In this document: positions 1 through 8,426 of the stretch, in pieces
Position numbering within the stretch: the first letter of the stretch is position 1
Layout of the letters: the number at the start of each line of letters is the position of its first letter
DNA from: a bacterium
GTDB taxonomy: Bacteria > UBA8248
Length of the DNA: 64,000 nucleotides
NCBI GenBank assembly: GCA_965221165.1
Contig: CBDCRP010000003.1
Location: 1,088,001 to 1,152,000 of the forward strand
Reading direction: 5' to 3'
The notes under the pieces: model-generated
Seen by the model: only the letters and a program-made list of their open reading frames with translations
What the model was told of the DNA's origin: nothing
Database searches by the model: none
Position numbers and translations under genes: made by a program

Positions 1-1
1 C

Positions 2-280
2 GACCCGAACTACGAGCCCGTCCTTCGGGATTTGCTCGAACATGAGCACAAGGTGTACGACGCCATCACGGCGAACGAGGAGGTTGATTTCCGGCGCGGC
101 GAGCGCGGAACGCGTACATGGCACGCAGTGTACAGCGAACTCTCGAAACTCATTGCGCCCGAGCAAATCAGAGAGCTTTTCGATAAGCTGGAGAAGGATT
201 TTTCAGCCACCTGCCGGCTTTTCCACGAGATGGCCGAATCGGAAAAACTCATGCAGGAAGAAGAAGGCGGACCCGGCTAG
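2..280 (+). CDS. Hypothetical protein, 3' part only (truncated by window edge)
   Basis: Frame open from base 2 (DPNYEPVLRDLLEHEHKVYDAI...EEEGGPG*), helical acidic composition; no family recognised. Confidence 0.55.
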   Translation, partial: DPNYEPVLRDLLEHEHKVYDAITANEEVDFRRGERGTRTWHAVYSELSKLIAPEQIRELFDKLEKDFSATCRLFHEMAESEKLMQEEEGGPG

Positions 281-414
281 GCTTAGGGTTTGCGCCTTTG
301 ATCCTCTTGCCACTCTTGGCCGCAATCCTTACAATCCAAGGCTCATCAAGTCCAAAAAAAATCGAACACATCATGAAACCCAAGGTTTGCAGCTTATCGA
401 GAGGGGATTCCCGC

Positions 415-801
415 ATGGCCAAATACTCATACGACCACCTTCACTTCAGGAGCGAAGACCCGCACGCCGCCCGCGACTTCTGGACCAACATGTTCGGCGC
501 CACCGTCGTGCAGGAACGGGAGTTGGGCGGCGCCCCGTCCTTCAACATGGACTTGAACGGCATGGTGTTCCTCGTCTCGGGCAGGGCGAAGGGAGAAGAC
601 CCGGTGCGGACGGGCTCCGATCCCCGGTACGGGCTGGATCATTTCGGGCTTTTGGTCGACGACATGGACGAGGCGCAAAAAGAGCTGACCGAAAAGGGCG
701 CCGAATGGATTTGCGAGCCCTGGGAGATACGCCCGGGGGTGAAAATCGCCTTCATCAAGGGGCCTGATAACATCAGCATCGAGATGGCCCAGCGCGGCTG
801 A
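415..801 (+). CDS. VOC/glyoxalase family protein
   Basis: YDHLHFRSED...FW, GLDHFGLLVDD, IAFIKGPDNISIEM motifs; GAGGGG RBS before ATG 415. Confidence 0.9.
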   Translation: MAKYSYDHLHFRSEDPHAARDFWTNMFGATVVQERELGGAPSFNMDLNGMVFLVSGRAKGEDPVRTGSDPRYGLDHFGLLVDDMDEAQKELTEKGAEWICEPWEIRPGVKIAFIKGPDNISIEMAQRG

Positions 802-995
802 TTGCGTGCGTCCGCCTACCCCGGTAGGACATATCCGCGAGGGCGCCGTGTCACCAAGCCTTTGTTCCTCTCCTCTCTCGCGGCAGGGGCTAGCCGCCTC
901 GTGGGGATAACGCGTGAGTTTCTGGCGCTGGAATCTTCTTGAACCGAAGTGATATTCTTTACAGAGAAATTTGCCCCGCCGCCGGGAATCTCGCC

Positions 996-1682
996 ATGAA
1001 AAAGTGGAACAGACGAGAATTGCTGAAAAACTCCCTGCTCGGCCTGAGCGCGCTGGGAACAGGCGCCTTCGCGCTTCAGGATACCCTGTCGCCCACGCCC
1101 GCATATGGGGAATTGGGAGAATTCGGGGACTTTCTGCTCGCGCAAGGCGAAAAGCTGGATGAGGCGCCACCCGATGCGCGAAAACCGACCGCCCCTGACG
1201 CCATGGGACCCTTTTACAAACAAGGGGCTCCTTTCCGCGGGTTTTTGATGCCGAGGGATGCGCTTGGCACGCCCATGATCATCCGCGGCCACGTCTATGG
1301 ACATGACACCCAAAAAACGCTCGAGGGCGCGACAATCGACGTATGGCAGGCGGATACGAACGGGCGCTACCACGGTATGGATGAGAAGGATAATTTTCTC
1401 TACCGAGCGCGTATGCGCACGTCACGACGAGGCCTTTATCAGTTCGAAACCATTCACCCGGGGCGTTATAGCGTTGGCTCCGGGCTGAGGCCATCCCACA
1501 TTCATTTTTATATCCGCCACCCTGATTACCAGCCGTTGGTGACGCAACTATATTTTCAAGGCGACCCGAGATTGAGCGATCATGAGCGCTCAAGACCCTC
1601 TCTGATCATTCCCCTCCAGAAAATTCCTTTGGGGAAAAGGTATGAACTGGGGCATTTCAACATCGTTTTAGTGAGGATGTGA
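996..1682 (+). CDS. Intradiol ring-cleavage dioxygenase-like protein with Tat signal
   Basis: NRRELLK twin-arginine leader; GPFY, IDVWQAD..GRY, PGRY, RPSHIH (2 Tyr + 2 His Fe ligands), LVTQLYF. Confidence 0.85.
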   Translation: MKKWNRRELLKNSLLGLSALGTGAFALQDTLSPTPAYGELGEFGDFLLAQGEKLDEAPPDARKPTAPDAMGPFYKQGAPFRGFLMPRDALGTPMIIRGHVYGHDTQKTLEGATIDVWQADTNGRYHGMDEKDNFLYRARMRTSRRGLYQFETIHPGRYSVGSGLRPSHIHFYIRHPDYQPLVTQLYFQGDPRLSDHERSRPSLIIPLQKIPLGKRYELGHFNIVLVRM

Positions 1683-1734
1683 GCGAGTCTACACGTCTCC
1701 CGTATGAATCGAAGAAACCCGAAAGACCCGCTAC

Positions 1735-3051
1735 TCAGCCATAGAGTGCCGTTTGAATTTGTTCACGCATTTTATCGGGCGCCATTCCAAAAGCGAGGAG
1801 CAAATCCCCCGCTTCCTGGATAACCCGGTCGATATCTTCATAAATCTTGTACGTCTTGGTGTAATCCGGATATTCAAACCCCATGGCCTGGCCGAGAATC
1901 GTCATGAAATTCTCGATTTCAAAGGACTCATTTTTTTCCAGACCACATAGCTCACGATGGCAACTATGATAAACAGTGAGCAGGGAGTCCACCCGGGCGC
2001 TACGCGCGGAGTCGAAAAGTTTCTCCCGCATCGCCTCTTTCGCCTCGGGAATGAGAAGCGTGGGGCATTGGTAGCCATGATCTGATAGCTGCTCAATTTC
2101 CATGAACTCGAGGCCAGGTACCTCCTGGAGGATTTTTATGACGTTTTCCTCAACGCCATCAGTCCCTCCATGAAGATGTACAGCCACACGCTTATCTACT
2201 TTTTGCGTAAATTTTTCTCGCAACAAATCCAAATTATCCACCAGATACTGCGTGATGTGGACAAACGGTAAAATTTCGTCCTCGTTCAATTTCATATCAC
2301 TCACCATGGGGATAACCGGTTTGCCGGTATACAAGTGTTGATATTCGGAGTATTGCATCTGACAAGTGGGGCAAAATGTAATGACTTTCTCAGGCGCGTA
2401 TGATTTGAAATGCGCGAGCGAACGTGCGCCCATCTCTGCCCCTGTCTCCAGATCTCCGCGTCTGATGTGGTTGATGCCGCAACAGTGGCCCACGCCGCCG
2501 GCCACCTCATAGTCCAACCCGAGTCGATCGAAAACATCTATACAAGAGAGGAGGATATGGGGTGTCTGAAGAATGTTGCAGCCAAAATAAAACACCGCAT
2601 CCACTTTATTTTTCTCGGCTCCCCGGACGGCGGTGAGATTTCTGAAGTGCTCAGGTTCCAATTGCAAGGCGGCCATGAAGCGTATCTTGCGGCTCATGTC
2701 TTGAAAATAAGACTGGCCGGCCTCTTGAATTTCCGCTTCTTCTAATTCGATATTTTGAAGCTTGAGCTTGGCGTAGGAGAGCATTTCACGGGGATTGACA
2801 TCCTCTGGACAAGCCTCAATGCAAATTCCGCTTTTTTGACAGGCTTTGGCCCAAAGTGCCCCCTCTCGTTCATGGGGACGATCGTTGATGATGTCGACAA
2901 CGGATCTTGTGACTCGTTCTGGTTCCGCACCTTCAGCTTCTGAATACGAAACCATCGGGCAGACTTCGTAACACTTTCCGCAATGCGTACAGGCTTCCGT
3001 GATATGGGTGATTCTTTCTTCCATAAAACTTTGGTAGGCAGTAGCTTCCAT
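1735..3051 (-). CDS. (Fe-S)-binding oxidoreductase with CCG domains (GlcF/HdrD-like)
   Basis: CTHCGKCYEVCP and CQKSGICIEACP ferredoxin-like motifs; YFGC, HCCG, FCPTC, YHSC motifs. Confidence 0.85.
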   Translation of the reverse strand: MEATAYQSFMEERITHITEACTHCGKCYEVCPMVSYSEAEGAEPERVTRSVVDIINDRPHEREGALWAKACQKSGICIEACPEDVNPREMLSYAKLKLQNIELEEAEIQEAGQSYFQDMSRKIRFMAALQLEPEHFRNLTAVRGAEKNKVDAVFYFGCNILQTPHILLSCIDVFDRLGLDYEVAGGVGHCCGINHIRRGDLETGAEMGARSLAHFKSYAPEKVITFCPTCQMQYSEYQHLYTGKPVIPMVSDMKLNEDEILPFVHITQYLVDNLDLLREKFTQKVDKRVAVHLHGGTDGVEENVIKILQEVPGLEFMEIEQLSDHGYQCPTLLIPEAKEAMREKLFDSARSARVDSLLTVYHSCHRELCGLEKNESFEIENFMTILGQAMGFEYPDYTKTYKIYEDIDRVIQEAGDLLLAFGMAPDKMREQIQTALYG

Positions 3052-3328
3052 GATACTCCTTCATGAAGATGGGGAGAAAATTCTATGAGAAGTACCTGGA
3101 GCGGTCAATTAGCAAATCATGTTTTAATGCGGAATTTCTAAGACATTGCGCTGATATGAGTGGGTGTCTCATCTCAAGAGTTTTGACCAAGTTCTCTCAA
3201 TGTGTTAGTTAAAAGCCAGTTTTCCTGACTGCTGAAGTGACGGAAAACCCTCATGGAAATGGTCTCATCCCCGCATCCGCACAAACATGAGTCGCCTTGA
3301 ACAGAAGGCTTCGAGGAGGTTTTGTGAA

Positions 3329-4840
3329 ATGCCGAATGCTACAGAGAAATACGATGTCGTCGTCGTGGGCTGCGGCAACGCCGCTCTTTGCGCATCGCTC
3401 GCGGCGCGAGACCAGGGGGCGGATAGGGTATTAGTACTCGAAAAAGCACCCGAAGCATGGCGTGGAGGCAATTCGGCTTTTTCGGGAGGACTTTTCCGCT
3501 TCGCCTTTAACAGCATCGAAGACATCTATTCACTCGTACCGGATCTTTCCGACGCAGAGAAAGAAAACATCGAGATTGACCCCTATACATCGGAAAAATT
3601 CTTTGACGACCTCGCTTTATTGACTGAATATCAGACGGACGGCGACCTCTCCTCTGTTCTCATCCACCAGTCGTTCCCGACCCTGAAATGGATGCAATCC
3701 AAGGGCCTGCGACTTATCCTTGCAAGCGGCCGACAAGCCTTCAAAGTAGATGGCAAGATGCGCTTCTGGGGAGGTCTTGTTCTCGAAATCGTCGGTGGCG
3801 GGCGTGGCCTGATCGATTCACTTCTCGATGCCGCGAATACGGCTGGAGTCGAGATTCGCTATGCATCAAAGGCAATGCGTCTTCTCACGGACCCGATGGG
3901 TGGCGTGACGGGAGTTGAAGTAAAAGGACCTGATGGGCCTTATGAAGTCGATGCCCACGGGGTGGTTCTGGCATCGGGCGGTTTCGAGGCAAACTCCGAG
4001 ATGCGTTGCCGCTACCTGGGACCAGGCTGGGAACTCGCAAAAGTACGCGGCACCCCCTACAACACGGGCGACGGCATCAAGATGGCGCTCGATATTGGTG
4101 CCCAGCCTTATGGCAATTGGAGCGGTTGTCACGCCGTCGCCTGGGATTTGAACGCCCCGCCCTTCGGTGACCTCACTGTAGGAGAGTCCTACCAAAAACA
4201 CTCCTATCCGTTCGGTATCATCGTGAACATCGAGGGCAAACGCTTCGTCGATGAGGGGGCCGATTTCAGAAATTATACCTATGCCAAATATGGTCGGAAC
4301 ATCCTGCAGCAGCCTCAACGGGTCGCTTTTCAGATATTCGATCAGAAAACGGTTCACATGCTGCGTGACGAGTATCGTATCCGCGAAGTCACCAAAGCCG
4401 AGGCCAACACGCTGGAAGAACTTGCCCAACAACTCGAGATTGATGTCGATGCGTTCGTCAAAACCGTTCAGGAGTATAACGCCGCCATTCAGCCCGGGGA
4501 ATACAATCCGACAATAAAAGACGGGAAATGCACTGAGGGTATAGACCCCCCAAAATCGAACTGGGCGCTTCCCATCGATGAACCACCCTACCTCGGTTTC
4601 GCGGTCACTACGGGCATTACATTCACCTTCGGCGGCATCCGCGTGACACCTAAAGCAGAAGTCATGAACACCGAAAACGAGATCATCCCCGGACTGTTCG
4701 CTGCGGGCGAACTCGTGGGCGGCGTCTACTATTTCAATTACCCGGGAGGTGCGGGACTGACCCTAGGTTCGGTCTACGGACGACTAGCCGGCACCGCAGC
4801 GGGGCAGCGCGCTGTCAAAGTGAATTCGACCTCAGCGTAA
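3329..4840 (+). CDS. tcuA: FAD-dependent oxidoreductase, tricarballylate dehydrogenase TcuA-like
   Basis: DVVVVGCGNAALCA FAD motif, RGGNS, LASGGFEAN, RGTPYNTGDG, RFVDEG, GITFTFGG, NYPGGAGL; GAGGAGG RBS. Confidence 0.8.
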   Translation: MPNATEKYDVVVVGCGNAALCASLAARDQGADRVLVLEKAPEAWRGGNSAFSGGLFRFAFNSIEDIYSLVPDLSDAEKENIEIDPYTSEKFFDDLALLTEYQTDGDLSSVLIHQSFPTLKWMQSKGLRLILASGRQAFKVDGKMRFWGGLVLEIVGGGRGLIDSLLDAANTAGVEIRYASKAMRLLTDPMGGVTGVEVKGPDGPYEVDAHGVVLASGGFEANSEMRCRYLGPGWELAKVRGTPYNTGDGIKMALDIGAQPYGNWSGCHAVAWDLNAPPFGDLTVGESYQKHSYPFGIIVNIEGKRFVDEGADFRNYTYAKYGRNILQQPQRVAFQIFDQKTVHMLRDEYRIREVTKAEANTLEELAQQLEIDVDAFVKTVQEYNAAIQPGEYNPTIKDGKCTEGIDPPKSNWALPIDEPPYLGFAVTTGITFTFGGIRVTPKAEVMNTENEIIPGLFAAGELVGGVYYFNYPGGAGLTLGSVYGRLAGTAAGQRAVKVNSTSA

Positions 4841-4965
4841 ATTCCCATTTTCAGGACAACGGAGAAACCGGGTCGAGACGGATGCACCGAGAATAAATTT
4901 GTGTTTTTGGCGCTCGAGAACCTCAGCGGCGATGCTCCGCTTCCAAAATCATGGAATTATGCGTT

Positions 4966-5544
4966 TTATTCTGTAATGCCGCTCACAGAGATCGATTCAC
5001 CATTCAAGCTCAGAGTGCTTTTCAGCGGAACGGCGGCCGTCACCATTTGTTCGGCAAAGCATCCTTGCTTCGCATTCTTGATGACCGCCAATATCTTCTC
5101 CGCCGTTTCATCGGATTCCACTTCAAAGTGCGTACGCACCTCGCTACAGCCGGAATTTACCGTGCCCCTGAGGACAGAACCCTTTAAAAAGTAATCGAAA
5201 TCCACATGCACCTTGGCGTGTGTGAAGGACACTTTCATCATATGCGCGTACCGCGCAAGCTGGGTGAGGAGTCAGAATCCCACCCCCATGGCAATGTAGC
5301 AAAGCGGTTGAGGGTAGGAATCCTCCCCGCCGATGCGGGGCGGCTCATCGCAATACACCTCGAAATGTCTGTGCGTCCCCAGTTTGAGTTGGCCTTTTCC
5401 CTCTATCGTTTCAGTGTCGGCGGACATAGTGAAAGCATAGCCTTGCGTGGGGAGTTCGGGCTTATCTATCGCACGCTCACCTGGAGTGGCACTGTCTTTA
5501 CGCGGATCGAGAGGTTCCACTTGTTTTGTCTCCTTGGGTGTCAT
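4966..5544 (-). CDS. OsmC/Ohr-like putative selenoprotein (in-frame UGA at 5272-5274)
   Basis: ORFs 5272..5733 and 4966..5241 are in one frame: ...CDEPPRIGGEDSYPQPLCYIAMGVGF[UGA]LLTQLARYAHMMK...AKQGCFAEQ; UGA falls at the OsmC first Cys; downstream hairpin; start codon uncertain. Confidence 0.82.
5243..5257 (-). promoter_or_regulatory. Putative bacterial SECIS element
   Basis: mRNA UGA-CUCCUCACCCAGCU-UGCGCG-GUA-CGCGCA: perfect 6-bp stem, G-first apical loop 20 nt after UGA. Confidence 0.7.
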
Positions 5545-5637
5545 AAGAATGCAGAAGAAAAACGCTATTATGCACGCAAGGGCGGTGTAAGAGAACCGCT
5601 GGGGCACTCGTTTTTTTGCATGTAAAGGAGTTGTTTT

Positions 5638-6597
5638 GTGAACCGAATTGTCGTGCCAGATGACTATCCTTCCGTTTTCATGGGCAGCGCCGCCGAGACC
5701 CGACTTAGAGAAATCGGAGACGTAGAAATCCATACTTCAAACCCGCAGACACCCGAAGAATTACTCAGCCGCGTTTCTGGGGTGGATGGAATCATCAATA
5801 TCAGAGCCTTTTGCAAGTTCAACGCGGATTTTTTCTCTAATTGCAGCGCTCTCAAAATACTTTCGATTTGGGGAACAGGCACGGATCATGTCGATTTGAG
5901 CGCGGCAAAAAACGCAAACGTCATCGTCTCGAATACGCCGGGCGTGGCCGCCGTTTCCGTGGCGGAACACACCCTGGCCCTCATGATGGCGGCGGCGCGT
6001 CAAATACCCGGAAATGATTCCGCCATGCGGGCGGGCGAGTGGCCGCGTGGCCAGATGACACAATTGATCGGAAAAACGCTCGGCCTCATCGGACTGGGCG
6101 CCATCGGCCGGCAGACTGCCCGCATCGCCGCCGGCATCGGGATGAAGCTCATCGCCTGGACATTTCATCCAGACGATGATTTCGCCGCCGAGGTAGGGCT
6201 GGAGTTTGTCGATTTGAACACTCTGTATGAACGGGCCAATGTCGTTTCGATACACGTGCGTCAAACAGTGGATACCATGGGGATGATCGATGCCGAGGCG
6301 TTCTCCCGCATGGGCCCAAACACCATTTTGGTGAACACCGCCCGGGGACCTATCGTGGAAGAAAAGGCGCTCATATCGGCTTTGGAAAATGGGACTTTGG
6401 CTGCGGCGGGTCTCGACGTATTTGACCAGGAACCTCTGCCGACTAACCATCCATTGGGAAAATTAAAAAATATAGTTCTCTCCCCGCATAATGCGGGCAT
6501 CACGCCCGAGGTAACGGAGGCAGGACTTTTGATGTCGGTGGAAAACATCGCCGCTGCTCTCTCGGGAATTCCACAAAACGTGGTGTATTCATCATGA
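5638..6597 (+). CDS. D-2-hydroxyacid dehydrogenase (SerA-like)
   Basis: GLIGLGAIG Rossmann motif, VNTARG, GLDVFDQEP, LSPHNA; AAGGAG RBS, GTG start. Confidence 0.9.
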   Translation: MNRIVVPDDYPSVFMGSAAETRLREIGDVEIHTSNPQTPEELLSRVSGVDGIINIRAFCKFNADFFSNCSALKILSIWGTGTDHVDLSAAKNANVIVSNTPGVAAVSVAEHTLALMMAAARQIPGNDSAMRAGEWPRGQMTQLIGKTLGLIGLGAIGRQTARIAAGIGMKLIAWTFHPDDDFAAEVGLEFVDLNTLYERANVVSIHVRQTVDTMGMIDAEAFSRMGPNTILVNTARGPIVEEKALISALENGTLAAAGLDVFDQEPLPTNHPLGKLKNIVLSPHNAGITPEVTEAGLLMSVENIAAALSGIPQNVVYSS

Positions 6598-6599
6598 TT

Positions 6600-6608
6600 T
6601 GCTATAAT
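6600..6608 (+). promoter_or_regulatory. Extended -10 promoter element upstream of aquaporin
   Basis: TGcTATAAT immediately after the dehydrogenase stop, 110 nt before the aquaporin start. Confidence 0.5.
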
Positions 6609-6717
6609 AAGTTTATGGAGACAAGCGCTTCCCTTTAGTAGGAGTCCTCCGAATCGAATCAACAGATGACACAAATTTTCCTTCAATTTTTTCGCCCGAA
6701 CGAGTAAGGAGAAGAAA

Positions 6718-7398
6718 ATGAATCCTACAGGAAGGGCCTGCGTAGCCGAAGCCATCGGCACCTTTGCACTGTGTTTCATAGGGGCGGGCGCCATCATCTT
6801 GAACCAGAAAACTGGGGGTGCCGTGGGTTTAATCGGCATCGCTCTTGCCCACGGCTTGATCCTGTCGGTCATGATTTCCGCCATGGGGCACGTCTCGGGT
6901 GGTCATTTCAATCCCGCCGTCACAATCGGTTTTATGGTCACGAAAAAAACCGATAGCGGTACAGGTCTTTCCTACATCATCAGCCAACTCATCGGTGGAA
7001 CCGTGGCCGGCATCCTGCTGAGAATCATCTTTGCCGCTGATGTCTGGCAGAAAGTGAACCTGGGAACACCGACTTTGGCAAGCGATGTAAGCTTCGGCAT
7101 GGGGATTCTGATCGAAATCATCCTCACGTTCTTCCTCGTCACCGCTATATGGGGCTCCGCGGTGGATGACAGACATCCCGACGTGGGTGGTTTCGCGATT
7201 GGCCTCACCATCGCCGCAAACATTTTGATGGGAGGTCCACTCACGGGAGCATCCATGAATCCAGCGCGCACATTCGGCCCCGCATTGGCCGGAGGCGGAT
7301 TCGATGGCATCAACCACTTGGTCTATTGGATAGGCCCCATCATCGGCAGTGTGGCGGCAGCGTTGGTCTACAACAACATACTGATCAAAAAAGAATAA
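6718..7398 (+). CDS. Aquaporin (MIP family), TIP/AQP8-like filter
   Basis: SGGHFNPAVT and GASMNPARTFGP NPA boxes, six hydrophobic helices; AAGGAG RBS. Confidence 0.95.
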   Translation: MNPTGRACVAEAIGTFALCFIGAGAIILNQKTGGAVGLIGIALAHGLILSVMISAMGHVSGGHFNPAVTIGFMVTKKTDSGTGLSYIISQLIGGTVAGILLRIIFAADVWQKVNLGTPTLASDVSFGMGILIEIILTFFLVTAIWGSAVDDRHPDVGGFAIGLTIAANILMGGPLTGASMNPARTFGPALAGGGFDGINHLVYWIGPIIGSVAAALVYNNILIKKE

Positions 7399-7404
7399 GG
7401 CGAA

Positions 7405-7443
7405 AAAATAGCCCCGGCAGTCGATACGTGCCGGGGCTATTTC
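7405..7443. terminator. Bidirectional intrinsic terminator
   Basis: aaatagccccggca...tgccggggctattt inverted repeat between convergent genes. Confidence 0.8.
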
Positions 7444-7453
7444 GTGTGGCTTC

Positions 7454-8425
7454 CTACGCGTTTTCTCTGGCGATATTTGTGGGCGCACCCTTCAGAAACG
7501 CTTCGATGTTCGCCACCGGCACGTCGCGGAACCTCGCATACGTGCCATCGGTAATCCAAGCCGAATGCGGCGTGATGATGACATTATCCAAAGAACGATA
7601 GATTGAATCTTGCGGCAACGGCTCGAAAGGCTCAAAAACGTCGAGACCCGCGCCGGCGATGCGTCTATTACGCAAGGCGTCCAGCAACGCATCCTCATCC
7701 ACAATCTGAGCGCGCGAAGTATTGACGAAATACGCCGTTTCCTTCATCCGGGCGAATTTTTCTCTTGTCATGAAAGGTACGGCGCCCGCCGGCAAATGAA
7801 GATGGAGTGACACAACGTCAGATGCGAAACATTCCTCGACGGAAGCCGCTTCCGCACCCTCGGCTTGCGCGCGCTCGGGCGTCATCGAAGGAGAGCAGGT
7901 GATGACCCTCATCCCGAAGCCCAAGGCCATGCGGCACACCAGGCGAGCGATGTGCCCGAATCCAATGAGACCCAATGTCTTACCGGCAAGCTCGACCCCT
8001 TGCTCCTGGGGCCAACCACCCGCTCTCATGGCGGGGAACATGAGCGGCATTCTTTTCGCCAACGCCAAGATCAACATCATCGTGTGCTCGGCCACCGAGA
8101 AGGCGCTCGCCGCAGGGGTCGTGCTCACTACGATGCCACGTGTATTGGCTCGCTCCATGTCGATCATGCGCGGGCGTGTGCCCATCACGGAAATCATTTT
8201 CAGGTGGGGAATGTGATCCAGCAAATCGGTCGTCTTGAAGTCGGTTTGATATCTGGTCGTCAGGATGATTTCCGCGTCTTTAAGACGCTCCCGGAGTAAT
8301 TCGTCACTTTCGGCATTCACGGTATAGTGACGAACATCTCCCAAGTCGCGCAATCGCCCAAGAGCTTCGGAACTTTCAAATAAACGGAAACAATCGTCTG
8401 GAATAACGATATGCATCAATGGCAA
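7454..8425 (-). CDS. D-2-hydroxyacid dehydrogenase (second paralogue)
   Basis: GLIGFGHIA, VNTSRA, GLDVFEPFEP, ITPHSAW; start may be ATG 8416. Confidence 0.9.
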   Translation of the reverse strand: MPLMHIVIPDDCFRLFESSEALGRLRDLGDVRHYTVNAESDELLRERLKDAEIILTTRYQTDFKTTDLLDHIPHLKMISVMGTRPRMIDMERANTRGIVVSTTPAASAFSVAEHTMMLILALAKRMPLMFPAMRAGGWPQEQGVELAGKTLGLIGFGHIARLVCRMALGFGMRVITCSPSMTPERAQAEGAEAASVEECFASDVVSLHLHLPAGAVPFMTREKFARMKETAYFVNTSRAQIVDEDALLDALRNRRIAGAGLDVFEPFEPLPQDSIYRSLDNVIITPHSAWITDGTYARFRDVPVANIEAFLKGAPTNIARENA

Positions 8426-8426
8426 A

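Noticed and set aside
802-995. Possible structured RNA (ccgcgag/ctcgcgg at 835-883, small hairpin 815-828) or Sec read-through of the VOC stop
   Set aside because: No riboswitch or ncRNA consensus recognised; short GC stems are expected by chance; the VOC domain is complete before its TGA
5545-5733. N-terminal extension of ORF 5272..5733
   Set aside because: Overlaps the divergent dehydrogenase and its RBS; not OsmC-like
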